Part shown: positions 29,182 to 39,362 of the stretch, one piece after another
Position numbering within the stretch: position 1 is the stretch's first letter
Layout: every line of letters starts with the position of its first letter
From: Escherichia phage UPEC03
Direction: 5' to 3' (one strand)
Sequence record: MW250785
DNA length: 64,000 bases
The notes under the pieces: model-generated
Told to the model about the DNA's origin: nothing
The model's input: the letters and a program-made list of their open reading frames with translations, nothing else
The model's database searches: none
Translations under genes and position numbers: made by a program

Positions 29182-29664
29182 ATGCTGACGAAACGAATTA
29201 CCAAAAAAGACTACCCAACTATCAAGCAAGCTCTCTTTGAAAAACAAGGGGGCTGTTGTGCTATCTGTAAACGTCCCCTGGAGGGCGAGATCGAGAAACA
29301 TCACCTTGACCATGACCATGCTTTAGACGGCGAAAACGCCGGACGTGTGCGCGGCCTACTGTGTAACCTATGCAACGGTACAGAAGGTATTGTGAAGCAC
29401 AAATTCAACAGATCCGGTCTGGTGTCCCGTGATGTCGATTACATCCAGTGGTTAGAGAACTTGCTTGCATATCTGAAACAAGACTATTCCGAAAACCGTA
29501 TTCATGACAAATTCATACCAGATAAGGTAAAATGGTTTTCAAGACTTACCAAACCTGATATGATTGCCGAAATGGTTTCTATGGGCTTCGAGTACGCCGA
29601 CAAAGACGAACGCAAAGCCTTAACCGCAAAATATAGAAAGCAATTAATGAAGGCAACGAAATGA
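29182..29664 (+). CDS. 49: Endonuclease VII (Holliday junction resolvase) gp49
   Basis: HLDHDH…GRVRGLLCNLCN…KHKFNRSGL…VDYIQWLENLLAYLK match T4 endo VII. Confidence 0.93.
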   Translation: MLTKRITKKDYPTIKQALFEKQGGCCAICKRPLEGEIEKHHLDHDHALDGENAGRVRGLLCNLCNGTEGIVKHKFNRSGLVSRDVDYIQWLENLLAYLKQDYSENRIHDKFIPDKVKWFSRLTKPDMIAEMVSMGFEYADKDERKALTAKYRKQLMKATK

Positions 29665-31778
29665 AAGTAGAAAAACGCGACGGCAAAACCGTTGATTTTG
29701 ATAAAGAAAAAATCCGTATTGCTGTAGAAAAAGCTGGCGGGACTATGACGGATGCTGATGCCGCAATCATGCTGGTTCAGTACAATCAGATCCGTGATGG
29801 TAGCGCAATGAAGATCGCCCGTATCCAGGAACTCGTTGAAGAATCCCTGATGAAAACGAACCCAGCGGTCGCCCGTGCATACATCGAATATCGCCACGAT
29901 CGCGATATTGCCCGTGAACAGAAAAGTAAGCTGTTCAAAGATATCTCCGGCATGGTGAATCTGTCCAACAAAGAGATCACCAACGAGAACGCAAACAAAG
30001 ACGCACGGGTATTCCCGACACAGCGTGATTTGCTGGCGGGTATTGTAGCGAAGCATTTCGCCCGTAATCATATCCTTCCGAAACATATCGTAGAAGCGCA
30101 TGACTCCGGCGACATCCATTATCACGATCTGGACTATAGCCCGTTCACCCCTTACACTAACTGCTGTCTGGTTGACCTGAAAGGTATGCTGGAGAACGGT
30201 TTCAAGATGGGTAACGCGGATATTGAACCGCCTAAATCGATCGGTGTTGCTACCGCTCTCATGGCACAGATCACCGCACAGATTGCCTCTCACCAGTACG
30301 GCGGGACAACCTTTGCAAACGTGGATAAAGTGCTGGCTCCATACGTTGAAATGACTTTCCAGAAGCACGTAAAAGAAGCCAGAAAATATAACGTTAGCGA
30401 AATCAAGCGATATGCTTTAGAAAAGACTGAAAAAGATGTTTTCGATGCGTTCCAGTCTTACGAATATGAAGTTAACACCCTACATACTGCCAATGGTCAA
30501 ACCCCATTCGTTACCATCACTTTCGGTACTGGATTGGGTAAGTTCGAGCGCATGATCCAGAAAGCGATTCTAAAAAACCGTATTCGCGGACTGGGTAAAG
30601 AGGGTATCACTCCGGTATTCCCTAAACTGGTTATGTTTATGGAAGATGGTATTAATTTACATCCTGACGATCGCAACTATGACATCAAACAACTTGCCCT
30701 GGAATGTGCTTCTAAACGCATGTACCCAGATATCATTAGTTCAGCTAACAACCGTGTTATTACTGGTTCTAGTGTTCCTGTATCTCCTATGGGTTGTCGC
30801 AGTTTCCTTAGCGTGTGGCATGATGATAACGGTAATGAAGTTCTTGATGGACGTAATAACCTGGGTGTGGTGACAATCAACCTCCCACGCATCGCTATTG
30901 AAGCGGAAGCACAGGAAGAAGAAGACGCGCACGACGCATTCTGGCGCATCCTTGATGAACGTCTGGAACTGTGTTTTGAAGCCCTGATGACTCGTATCGA
31001 AAGCCTACGCGGTGTTAAAGCCAGTGTTGCGCCTATCCTGTACACAGAAGGTGCTTTTGGTGTCCGACTGAAACCGGATGATGAAATTCTGGAACTGTTC
31101 AAAAATGGGCGTAGCTCTATCAGTCTGGGTTATATTGGACTGCATGAAACGCTGCTGATGTTTGGCTCAGGCCAACACCCATTTGATCGCATCGGCTCCC
31201 AGAAATTAGGTCGATTGATCATTGAATATCTCCGCGCTGCAACCGAAGCATGGAAGAAGAAAACAGGATATGGTTTCAGCCTGTATTCAACCCCTGCGGA
31301 ATCTCTCTGCCATCGCTTCTGTAAGCTGGACTTTGAGAAGTTCGGAAGCGTCAAAGGTGTCACGGATAAAGGCTGGTACACAAACAGTTTCCATCTGGAC
31401 GTTGATCGCAAGGTAACACCGTTCGAGAAAATCGACTATGAAGCCGATTATCATTACATCGCTACTGCTGGTCATATCAGTTACGTTGAATTCCCTGATA
31501 TGAAAAACAACCTGCAAGCCCTGGAAAAAGTCTGGGATTATGCGATGGAAAAACTGGACTACTTCGGAACTAACCTTCCGGTCGATAAGTGTTTTGTATG
31601 TGGCTCTGATGACGAGTTCACGCCTACAGAAGAGGGTTTCCACTGTAAGCACTGCGGTAATCACGATCCGGCTAAAATGAATGTAACTCGTCGTACTTGC
31701 GGATATCTGGGCGCTGCTGAACGTCCGATGAACAAAGGTAAACAAAACGAAATCATTCACCGTGTGAAACATAACTAA
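29661..31778 (+). CDS. nrdD: Anaerobic ribonucleoside-triphosphate reductase NrdD
   Basis: 705 aa; N-terminal ATP-cone (VEKRDGKTVDFDKEKI), C-terminal Zn-ribbon CxxC…CxxC and glycyl-radical region (RRTCGYLG); uninterrupted ORF. Confidence 0.93.
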   Translation: MKVEKRDGKTVDFDKEKIRIAVEKAGGTMTDADAAIMLVQYNQIRDGSAMKIARIQELVEESLMKTNPAVARAYIEYRHDRDIAREQKSKLFKDISGMVNLSNKEITNENANKDARVFPTQRDLLAGIVAKHFARNHILPKHIVEAHDSGDIHYHDLDYSPFTPYTNCCLVDLKGMLENGFKMGNADIEPPKSIGVATALMAQITAQIASHQYGGTTFANVDKVLAPYVEMTFQKHVKEARKYNVSEIKRYALEKTEKDVFDAFQSYEYEVNTLHTANGQTPFVTITFGTGLGKFERMIQKAILKNRIRGLGKEGITPVFPKLVMFMEDGINLHPDDRNYDIKQLALECASKRMYPDIISSANNRVITGSSVPVSPMGCRSFLSVWHDDNGNEVLDGRNNLGVVTINLPRIAIEAEAQEEEDAHDAFWRILDERLELCFEALMTRIESLRGVKASVAPILYTEGAFGVRLKPDDEILELFKNGRSSISLGYIGLHETLLMFGSGQHPFDRIGSQKLGRLIIEYLRAATEAWKKKTGYGFSLYSTPAESLCHRFCKLDFEKFGSVKGVTDKGWYTNSFHLDVDRKVTPFEKIDYEADYHYIATAGHISYVEFPDMKNNLQALEKVWDYAMEKLDYFGTNLPVDKCFVCGSDDEFTPTEEGFHCKHCGNHDPAKMNVTRRTCGYLGAAERPMNKGKQNEIIHRVKHN

Positions 31779-31831
31779 GAACACCTAGTATTAGCGCCTT
31801 CAATAAATAAAGAAAAATTGAGGGCGCTAAT

Positions 31832-32683
31832 ATGTTTTACACAATCTACAAAATAACCAACACTATCAATGGGCGTGAATATATCGGCGCTCATAAAACT
31901 GATAATCTCGATGATCGATACATGGGTTCTGGAAAGAACATCAAACATGCTATTGATTTCTATGGCATTGAATCTTTCGTAAAGGAAATATTGTATGTTT
32001 TTGATACGGAAGAGGAAATGTATCTAAAAGAAGCTGAACTCGTAACAGACGAGTATATTTCGCTTCCTCACACATACAACATCAAACCCGGTGGTAAAGG
32101 CGGAACGGCCTACGAACAAAGCGAAGAACATCGACGCAAAAACAGTAATGCGCTAAAAGGAAGAGAAATCACTCCATTACATCGCGATCGGATCTCCCGT
32201 GCATTGAAAAATCATGTCCGTAGTGAAGAACATCAACGGAAACTGAGTGAAGCATCAAAGATTGCTGTTAGTACACCCGAACATAAAGAAAAGATGTCTG
32301 CTCATTTTACAGAACTGTATAAATCTCGTCCTGAATTGAAACAGCAAATATCATCTTCTGTCAAAGCACATTATGCTAATGAAACAGAAGAAGAGAAAAA
32401 TCAACGTCGATTGCGTCATACAGGGAAGGTTCGGTCGGAAGAAACCAAACAAAAACTATCCATTGCTCATAAAGGAAAACATACAGGAGAGAAAAATCCT
32501 ATGTTCGGCAAACCTGCATCGAATCGCCGTATGGTTTCTGGTGATGGTGTTGTGTATGGTTCCGTCAAAGAAGCTGCGGAAACACTGGGGTTGTCGCAAG
32601 GAACAATCGTTGCTCGATGCAAATCACAGAAAAATGTAAATTGGTTCTATGTAGGTGTTGACTTGCCGAATCAAATCGATTAG
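31832..32683 (+). CDS. GIY-YIG homing endonuclease (seg/I-Tev-like), paralog of 11102..11737
   Basis: [30 protein letters not shown]; N-terminal ~70 aa near-identical to the other GIY-YIG ORF. Confidence 0.8.
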   Translation: MFYTIYKITNTINGREYIGAHKTDNLDDRYMGSGKNIKHAIDFYGIESFVKEILYVFDTEEEMYLKEAELVTDEYISLPHTYNIKPGGKGGTAYEQSEEHRRKNSNALKGREITPLHRDRISRALKNHVRSEEHQRKLSEASKIAVSTPEHKEKMSAHFTELYKSRPELKQQISSSVKAHYANETEEEKNQRRLRHTGKVRSEETKQKLSIAHKGKHTGEKNPMFGKPASNRRMVSGDGVVYGSVKEAAETLGLSQGTIVARCKSQKNVNWFYVGVDLPNQID

Positions 32684-32732
32684 TATTTTCTACATCGAAG
32701 CAAATCAATTTGAAATCAAATAAGGTAAAATT

Positions 32733-33329
32733 ATGTTCAAGAAAATCGTAGCATTCGTGACTGGTAAAGTTGAAACTGCAATCGAACAAAACACTTCCCC
32801 AGAAGAAGCCTGGCGCAGTGCTGCACGTATCCTGATCAAAGAGATCGACCGTCTGCAACATACTCGCGTTTCTGCTGTTCAGGAAATCGTGAAGTTGAAA
32901 AAGAAAGTCAAAGAACACAAAGACCTTCACACTGGTAAAGAGTCGGAGATCAAAAAACTGCTGGCGGCGGGGCAGGAAGTGTCCAACAGTCATTATGTGC
33001 TGGCGCTGCAACATCGTAACATCTGGCAGGGCTTGCAGACGAAGATCGAAGAACTGGAAGGGATGAACAAAGAGATTGATCTCTCTGTCGTTGAACTGGA
33101 TCGCAAACTGGCTGATGTCAAAATCAACCTGGAGATTATCGAACTGAACAAGCAAACCGAAAGTCTGGGTCTGACTGTACCGGAAGACGTGATCGCCGCT
33201 GTAGGCCACACCTCCGTAAGCGTCGATACCATTGTGACGAAGATTGATGTGTTGCTGGGTGGCAAAAATGCTGCTTCTGTAACCTCCGCTGACGTTAGCG
33301 CTTACATCGACTCCCTGAACGCGAAATAA
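32733..33329 (+). CDS. PspA/IM30-like coiled-coil protein (candidate)
   Basis: 198 aa predicted helical protein; N-terminal pattern resembles recalled E. coli PspA N-terminus; followed by intrinsic terminator. Confidence 0.35.
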   Translation: MFKKIVAFVTGKVETAIEQNTSPEEAWRSAARILIKEIDRLQHTRVSAVQEIVKLKKKVKEHKDLHTGKESEIKKLLAAGQEVSNSHYVLALQHRNIWQGLQTKIEELEGMNKEIDLSVVELDRKLADVKINLEIIELNKQTESLGLTVPEDVIAAVGHTSVSVDTIVTKIDVLLGGKNAASVTSADVSAYIDSLNAK

Positions 33330-33335
33330 GAGGAA

Positions 33336-33356
33336 GGGGCGCAAGCCCCTTTTTTG
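33336..33356 (+). terminator. Intrinsic terminator
   Basis: ggggc-gcaa-gcccc hairpin + TTTTTT. Confidence 0.75.
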
Positions 33357-33358
33357 CT

Positions 33359-34312
33359 ATGTACGATTATACTATTGAATTTGATCGCGGTGAACATTGG
33401 TTGATTTCTCGTGCGAGAAACTTCTATGTTAAACTTCCAAAAAACTTTCATACTTTACCTGACGATGATACAGATCGTTTATTGAGAATTCTCATAGATG
33501 GGAATGTTCCACAGCGCGTTTTTCAGGAAATGGTTGATCATGCGTGTTCTGAATGGGATAAAAAGTATTGCGAAGAACTGACGCATGATAGTATAGTAAA
33601 CAGCAACCTTAAAGACGCTTACGAACGAAGAAGTGTATATGACATTTTTTATGAAAAAGAGAGGAAAAGTGAAATGATGTTCGAAGACGGCAACAGTGCA
33701 TTCAAACCAGCACGTAAAACTTATCCAGACTGGCGCAAACAGTACGCAGAACAGCTATGGCACATTGACATTCCCGAAGCGCTCATGAAAGCGATTAGCC
33801 CTGCGGTTGACTACTATTCAGGCTGGAAAGATGAATATGAGTTAGAAGTCGGTTCGTTTAAGGCGCACGTCATCAAAGCGACCAGAATTCTTGATTTCGT
33901 TGAAGCTGTTGCGTCATGTGATATCGTTGAAGATATTCGTATTCCATCAATCAACGTTTCGCGGTATAGTTCTCCGGGTAACATTCGCGGGGATCGTTAT
34001 GCGAACCTGGCAAGCACTACGGATAAGCTGAACTTCCACAAAATCAATGAAAAAGGGTTTGATGGTTGTGTTCTGATTTCAATGGTGGTCGCCACAACAC
34101 AAGGCGAATACAAGCTGATCATTGATTGTGACAAAGCAAACCGCGCAGTTCCCACAGTCAAACAATGCTTTGGTGAAGATTTCAAAGTGTTGATGAAAGC
34201 CCGCGCAATGGAAAAATTCATCCATTCGTGCAAAAAGAACGTGCTGGAGAAGTATGATCCGGCGCTCACATACACCAAAATTGATAAAGATCTGGTAGGT
34301 GATTTATGCTGA
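33359..34312 (+). CDS. Hypothetical protein
   Basis: 317 aa ORF; no family recognised; start uncertain (no RBS at first ATG). Confidence 0.5.
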   Translation: MYDYTIEFDRGEHWLISRARNFYVKLPKNFHTLPDDDTDRLLRILIDGNVPQRVFQEMVDHACSEWDKKYCEELTHDSIVNSNLKDAYERRSVYDIFYEKERKSEMMFEDGNSAFKPARKTYPDWRKQYAEQLWHIDIPEALMKAISPAVDYYSGWKDEYELEVGSFKAHVIKATRILDFVEAVASCDIVEDIRIPSINVSRYSSPGNIRGDRYANLASTTDKLNFHKINEKGFDGCVLISMVVATTQGEYKLIIDCDKANRAVPTVKQCFGEDFKVLMKARAMEKFIHSCKKNVLEKYDPALTYTKIDKDLVGDLC

Positions 34313-34590
34313 TTAACAAAACGCAGTGCAAAGCGATTAACTTTCTTCTACATGAACTGATTGAAAGCGGTATTCGTTTTGAATTCGTCGATCCGATTAA
34401 CAGTGATGATCGTCATCTTCTCCGCTGGGTATCTGGTAGCAATCCGCTGGATTCAGTATCCCAGGTGGTAGAGTCTGCACTTAAACATATGCCTTGTCGT
34501 GTTCTGTTGGGTAGCGTTAACGCCTCCACATGGAATGGATCTGATGCTTATTATGTCGGATTCAAAAAAGAGTTGACGGACGACGAATGA
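34306..34590 (+). CDS. Hypothetical protein
   Basis: 94 aa ORF overlapping the upstream stop. Confidence 0.5.
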   Translation: MLINKTQCKAINFLLHELIESGIRFEFVDPINSDDRHLLRWVSGSNPLDSVSQVVESALKHMPCRVLLGSVNASTWNGSDAYYVGFKKELTDDE

Positions 34591-34599
34591 TGTTATAAT
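34573..34599 (+). promoter_or_regulatory. Sigma70-like promoter (T)TGACG-N15/16-TATAAT
   Basis: Perfect -10; followed by hairpin gcccctgtag…ctataggggc. Confidence 0.45.
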
Positions 34600-34635
34600 A
34601 TGCCCCTGTAGACAACAAACTATAGGGGCTAAATC

Positions 34636-34830
34636 ATGAAAATCAAAAATACTGCTACTGAAAATCTTTGTAACGAAATCGCGGTGACTTACTGGAAAGA
34701 AGGTCACGTAAAAGCAATGAAGGATTTTCAACAGTGGTGTGATACCCAGAAGTTAGCCAACTGGGAATACGCCGTAATCGTGGAACGGATCAAAGAACTG
34801 ATCCTTGAGAAGAAAGGCACTATAAAATGA
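34636..34830 (+). CDS. Hypothetical small protein
   Basis: 64 aa ORF downstream of TTGACG…TATAAT promoter and hairpin. Confidence 0.45.
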   Translation: MKIKNTATENLCNEIAVTYWKEGHVKAMKDFQQWCDTQKLANWEYAVIVERIKELILEKKGTIK

Positions 34831-34888
34831 TTCAACTGAAATTAGACACCCATACGCTGAACAATCTGTTCCCAGAGGCAAAAGGCTG

Positions 34889-35380
34889 ATGAACTTTGAC
34901 CGCATCTACAACATGGATATGGTCAACGGTAAAGGAATCCGTGTAGTGTTGTTTGTCACTGGCTGCAATCATAAATGCGAAGGTTGCTATAACCGTAGTA
35001 CATGGAATCCCCGCAACGGTACACCATACACCGAAGAGACTGAAAACGAGTTGATTAAACTCCTTTCAAATCCCCATGTGGACGGATTGACGCTTACAGG
35101 CGGCGATCCGTTTTACCGCACCAATCATCCAACGCTCTTAAAACTGCTCCAGCGCGTCCGTGCGACGTTCCCTGATAAAGATGTGTGGGTTTGGACGGGT
35201 TACACCCTCGAAGCCTTACAGGGCGATACAGAACGCTCTAAGCTATTACCATTCATTGATGTTCTGATCGATGGACGGTACGAAAAGGATCAACCGACTA
35301 AGAAACCGTTTCGTGGTTCTGATAATCAGCGAATGATTGAGTTCAAAAAGAATTCCATCGAAATTAAAAATATCGCTTGA
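34889..35380 (+). CDS. nrdG: Anaerobic ribonucleotide reductase activating protein NrdG (radical SAM)
   Basis: VLFVTGCNHKCEGCYN CxxxCxxC radical-SAM cluster motif; size and context with nrdD. Confidence 0.9.
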   Translation: MNFDRIYNMDMVNGKGIRVVLFVTGCNHKCEGCYNRSTWNPRNGTPYTEETENELIKLLSNPHVDGLTLTGGDPFYRTNHPTLLKLLQRVRATFPDKDVWVWTGYTLEALQGDTERSKLLPFIDVLIDGRYEKDQPTKKPFRGSDNQRMIEFKKNSIEIKNIA

Positions 35381-35436
35381 CCTGGTTTGTGGTTCTGTTA
35401 AGATATCCACATCGAAACAAACTTGAGGACGAGAAA

Positions 35437-35598
35437 ATGAAAAACGCAATCATCAAAGAAATCTGTGAACTGGTTGATGTGTATGGTTGGAGTTTAGGCG
35501 CTGCTAAAGCAGAAGCCAAATCTCGTCTGGAAGTTGTAATCAAAGCCCGTAGCAAAGATGAATTTGTTACTAAATTGCAAGCCCTCTATGAGAGATAA
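35437..35598 (+). CDS. Hypothetical small protein
   Basis: 53 aa ORF with GAGGACGAG RBS. Confidence 0.45.
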   Translation: MKNAIIKEICELVDVYGWSLGAAKAEAKSRLEVVIKARSKDEFVTKLQALYER

Positions 35599-35602
35599 TA
35601 TC

Positions 35603-36553
35603 ATGATCCTGAATTTTAAAACCCGTAAAGAAGCCCGTGACTATTGCTGGAAGTGGTCGATTCCGCTGAAAAATATCAACAAACAATCCGCTGGTTCGCA
35701 TCCGTGGACGGTGAGAACAAAAGAAACCCGCTTCGTAAGCGGTAAAGATTATAAACTGATTGATGTCGAAGGTTTCACCGATAACGGCAAAAACGTTGCT
35801 AACCGCATCCAGGCGCAACAGATCAACAAATTCATGAACGGTGTTGTAAGCATCACAAGCCGTGATGGTGATCGCTATACATTCAACGCTCCAGCAGGTG
35901 TTGCTATGAACACCCTTCGTGCATGGGAAGCGAAATACTTCACAGAAGTTATTCCTGGTAAAGCCCCAGCGCCAAAACGCGCTAAAAAGCCAAAACCAGT
36001 AGGCAAACCGTCTGTTGCTCCTGCACCAGCTAAACCGGATCTGGATTCTGAACTGGATGGTGGCGTTAACCTCGCTCCAACAACAGAACCAGTTGCGAAA
36101 CCTGCTGCACCACAGCCAGCGACAGTTGAAGCAATGCCGCATAACTTTGTTGCAAATCGTCCGTATGTTCTGGTAGATGAACTAGGTTTCTTGCGCTCTC
36201 ACACTGCGAACGAACGCATTGTGCAACACATCAAAAACAACAACGGTGTTCTGGTGTTTGACTCGGTTGACGGCGACGGTGACGCGACTATCGAACAAGA
36301 TCGTAGCCTCCAGTTTGTGATGCATCGTGAGCGTGTATTCTTCCGTGAACTCGGTACTGGTAATCCGGCAAACACTCCATCGGTTCAGACCGTTGATATT
36401 ACCAAACAGCAACGCGATAAAGAGATCATCAAAGCTGCACAGGCAGTAGAAGACGCACTGGCAGAACACCAAACGGCGATCGTAGTTGTTACACAGAAAG
36501 CTCGCGCAGTTCGTGAAGCCGCTGCAAAACTTGCACTGCTGGCACGTAAGTAA
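35603..36553 (+). CDS. Hypothetical protein with Pro/Ala/Lys-rich linker
   Basis: ORF with central low-complexity APAPKRAKKPKPVGKPSVAPAPAKP linker; followed by terminator. Confidence 0.5.
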   Translation: MILNFKTRKEARDYCWKWSIPLKNINKQSAGSHPWTVRTKETRFVSGKDYKLIDVEGFTDNGKNVANRIQAQQINKFMNGVVSITSRDGDRYTFNAPAGVAMNTLRAWEAKYFTEVIPGKAPAPKRAKKPKPVGKPSVAPAPAKPDLDSELDGGVNLAPTTEPVAKPAAPQPATVEAMPHNFVANRPYVLVDELGFLRSHTANERIVQHIKNNNGVLVFDSVDGDGDATIEQDRSLQFVMHRERVFFRELGTGNPANTPSVQTVDITKQQRDKEIIKAAQAVEDALAEHQTAIVVVTQKARAVREAAAKLALLARK

Positions 36554-36561
36554 TATAATTC

Positions 36562-36589
36562 GGGGGTGCTTACGGCATCCCCTTTTTTA
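36562..36589 (+). terminator. Intrinsic terminator
   Basis: gggggtgc…gcatcccc hairpin + TTTTTT. Confidence 0.7.
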
Positions 36590-36601
36590 TTTGAGGTAAT
36601 C

Positions 36602-37336
36602 ATGGAATTATTCGCTGGAAAAACTTACGGTTTAACCGTATCCCCTGAAATCTTTGCAGAGAAAACCTGGAAAACAGGTATCGCAAACATCATTCGTGAA
36701 AAAGGTTACGTGACGATTGATCGCACCTCGATCGGTGAGTTCGAAGACCGCGCGTTTATCATGGACGGTGGTTACGAATATGAACTCCCTGCATCACTAT
36801 GGAAATGGTTCAAGGAAGTAACGCCGGAAAATGGTGAATTCACCTCAGAAGAACCAGAAGAAGTTAATCTGAGTAAAGGTGTAGAGGCTGAAAACGTTAT
36901 GCATATCGCTACGCCGGAAGAGGTTTCCGCTGGTGTTACCGGATCGGATCTGCGTCTGATGGAGATCCCTAAATTCACGTATCGCCCTGTACAGGAAAAT
37001 CCTCTGCGCGATCTCCGCATCGATCCATCATTCGGGGCTAACCTGGAAACGTTGAGCATCGCACCGATGCCTGTACGTAAATCTGATGCAATGCTTCGTT
37101 TCGCCTTGCAACATGTTTTCAGTGGTGGTAGCATCTATCAAATCAACATGGAATCTGAACTGAAAATGCAGGAAGACCAGATTGCAAACCTGTTCGAACT
37201 GCACACCCAGTTAACCGCTGTTGAGAATATCGAAAAACTGTTAGGCAAAGAGAAAAAGCGTATTTTGCAGGATCTCAAACCATACGGAAAGAAGAATGAA
37301 AGTCGAAATCTACGGAATTCCCGAAAGTCTTCATAA
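36602..37336 (+). CDS. Hypothetical protein
   Basis: ORF starting at ATG (MELFAGK) after terminator. Confidence 0.5.
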   Translation: MELFAGKTYGLTVSPEIFAEKTWKTGIANIIREKGYVTIDRTSIGEFEDRAFIMDGGYEYELPASLWKWFKEVTPENGEFTSEEPEEVNLSKGVEAENVMHIATPEEVSAGVTGSDLRLMEIPKFTYRPVQENPLRDLRIDPSFGANLETLSIAPMPVRKSDAMLRFALQHVFSGGSIYQINMESELKMQEDQIANLFELHTQLTAVENIEKLLGKEKKRILQDLKPYGKKNESRNLRNSRKSS

Positions 37337-37574
37337 CTGTTACGGGTGTATACAAGCACAAAAGCTGTTGACAGAAAAAGGGATAGAATATACATTTTAT
37401 CCCGTTCTGAAAGAAGCGAAAAACGATCTGGGCTTTGAATACGATCGCCCACGTATCGAAGAGTTAGCAAAACGGGTAAGGCAACGTAGTTTAGCGTTTC
37501 AATACCCGCGTATTTTTGTCGATAACAAACTTATCGGCGGTTATCTGCAACTGAAACAACTTATTGGTGATTAA
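37296..37574 (+). CDS. Glutaredoxin/thioredoxin-fold protein (CxxC)
   Basis: YGIPESLHNCYGCIQAQKLL…FVDNKLIGGYLQLKQLI resembles NrdC/glutaredoxin layout. Confidence 0.6.
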   Translation: MKVEIYGIPESLHNCYGCIQAQKLLTEKGIEYTFYPVLKEAKNDLGFEYDRPRIEELAKRVRQRSLAFQYPRIFVDNKLIGGYLQLKQLIGD

Positions 37575-37913
37575 ATGAGTCGTGAAATTTTACTCCCTGC
37601 TGCAAATGCTGTTCATGCTGAAACGATGGAATACATGGAGAAATTCGTTGAACGCGATAACACCGCGATCATCACTCCTACTCACCTGGACGCGCTCGAA
37701 GATCGTCTTCATAAGCAGATTAAAGATCAATTCCCTGAAAAGGTTAGCCGCAACTTCATTCGTCAGGAAATCGTTGCAATGATGCTGAAACATTACGGCG
37801 TTGAAATCTTCGGTGTCGAACCACTGAAACCGAAGAAAGCACGTCAAATGCCTAAACAGATCACCGACGAAGCAATCAAGAAATACCAGAAGAAATACGC
37901 TAAGAATAAATGA
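37575..37913 (+). CDS. Hypothetical protein
   Basis: 112 aa ORF. Confidence 0.5.
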   Translation: MSREILLPAANAVHAETMEYMEKFVERDNTAIITPTHLDALEDRLHKQIKDQFPEKVSRNFIRQEIVAMMLKHYGVEIFGVEPLKPKKARQMPKQITDEAIKKYQKKYAKNK

Positions 37914-39337
37914 TCTTTCATACGATTGAATGTGTTCCGTCAAGTGGTAAAACAAAGGCGATTCTGAACCATATCAATCAAACGGGCGAAAAAGCAATCA
38001 TCGCTTCGATTTCCATGATGTTATCAAAACAGTCTTATGACTACTACATCAACCAGGTAAAAGGGAAACGAGCGGTGATTGTGGACACGGATCACCGAAC
38101 CAAAAGAACCAATAATGATGCGCTGCGTGAGGTTGTCAAAGATTATGATGTGATCTTTATCACTCATGCAGCACTCAAAAACATTGATGACTTTGATTTG
38201 TATAAGGATTTTTCTCTGTACATTGACGAAGTTCCTGATTTGGTTGCGTTCGAAAGTCTGCGATTTAATAGCAATATCAAGCACATACGCGAGATTTGCT
38301 TGCCGTTTAGTTGCAATGCCGATGATATCGTTGATTTAAAACTTGACGAAGAAAAACGAGAACTGGTTACACGATTAGCCTATGATGGGCTTCGTAAACG
38401 TGATGATATCGCAATGAAGATGTTCCCGCTTTACCGTGCTCTGTTAGGGGCTATTCCGGTGAAGATGCAATGTAGCGATTCGGGATATGTCTGTTACTTC
38501 GTAGAGGATCATGACGTAAGCCAGTGGAAGTTCAAAAATGTAACCATTGCTTCATCCAACATCAAAGATACGATTACAGGGAAGATCCTACAAACGTTTC
38601 ATGATGTGGAGTTCAAAGATTCACCGCTTCAAACGCTGGTTGACTTTAAGCAATATAAAAACACGAAGCGCATTAAAATACATGTGCTCGCAGAGGGGGA
38701 TTATTCGCGTTATACGGGTGATCTCTCTCAATCTGGGACGACAGTATACACCCAGATTAAAAAACGCGTGGAGGCGCTTTTAGGGGGCGAACAGTTCATC
38801 TATTGCACCAACACGTATCGATCGAAGTTTAGCGAGGGGCAGGAAATCCCGTATAACTCGCACGGATTGAACTTCTATTCGAGCTATACTAACGTGGTAG
38901 CATTATTCAGTTACAACCCGTTACCCTGGCTTCGTCAAATGTTGCGAGCGGTTGCGGTGTCCTCTGGACTCGAAGAGGAAGAATTAGTTGATGCTTATGT
39001 TGTCAGTAAATATTACGAACCAGCCTTTCAGTTATGCGCTCGTTCTGATATCCGACACAACAACAGCAAAAGAAAGATTAATTTATTTGTGCCTGATATG
39101 CGGTTAGCGAAATACATGAAGGAAAAATATTTTCCCGATGCCATTATCGAAACCACAGAAGCAGTTCAAACGAAAAGGCAACGCAAATCATTTCAAACCC
39201 TTTTCCAAATGACGGACAAAGAGAAAAACGCTTTTACGCCATACAAGAAAAGAAACAAATTAGATTATGCGAATCCTCTTCATCACGCGATTGTTAAAGA
39301 TTGGCTGAACAATTACCGTGAGAAAAAGGCGACTTGA
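37910..39337 (+). CDS. P-loop NTPase-like protein (Walker A PSSGKT, Walker B LYIDEV), function unknown
   Basis: 475 aa; N-terminal VPSSGKTKAIL and ~100 aa later FSLYIDEVPD; immediately upstream of gene 34. Confidence 0.5.
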   Translation: MIFHTIECVPSSGKTKAILNHINQTGEKAIIASISMMLSKQSYDYYINQVKGKRAVIVDTDHRTKRTNNDALREVVKDYDVIFITHAALKNIDDFDLYKDFSLYIDEVPDLVAFESLRFNSNIKHIREICLPFSCNADDIVDLKLDEEKRELVTRLAYDGLRKRDDIAMKMFPLYRALLGAIPVKMQCSDSGYVCYFVEDHDVSQWKFKNVTIASSNIKDTITGKILQTFHDVEFKDSPLQTLVDFKQYKNTKRIKIHVLAEGDYSRYTGDLSQSGTTVYTQIKKRVEALLGGEQFIYCTNTYRSKFSEGQEIPYNSHGLNFYSSYTNVVALFSYNPLPWLRQMLRAVAVSSGLEEEELVDAYVVSKYYEPAFQLCARSDIRHNNSKRKINLFVPDMRLAKYMKEKYFPDAIIETTEAVQTKRQRKSFQTLFQMTDKEKNAFTPYKKRNKLDYANPLHHAIVKDWLNNYREKKAT

Positions 39338-39352
39338 TGGTCGCCTTTTTTG
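39327..39352 (+). terminator. Intrinsic terminator before gene 34 late promoter
   Basis: aggcgac…gtcgcct hairpin + TTTTTT. Confidence 0.75.
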
Positions 39353-39354
39353 TT

Positions 39355-39362
39355 TATAAATA
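39355..39362 (+). promoter_or_regulatory. T4-type late promoter TATAAATA (gene 34)
   Basis: Exact TATAAATA after terminator, ~32 nt upstream of gene 34. Confidence 0.65.

Noticed and set aside
29661-31778. Group I intron in nrdD (as in T4)
   Set aside because: nrdD is a single uninterrupted 705-aa ORF; the downstream GIY-YIG gene is free-standing, not intron-embedded.
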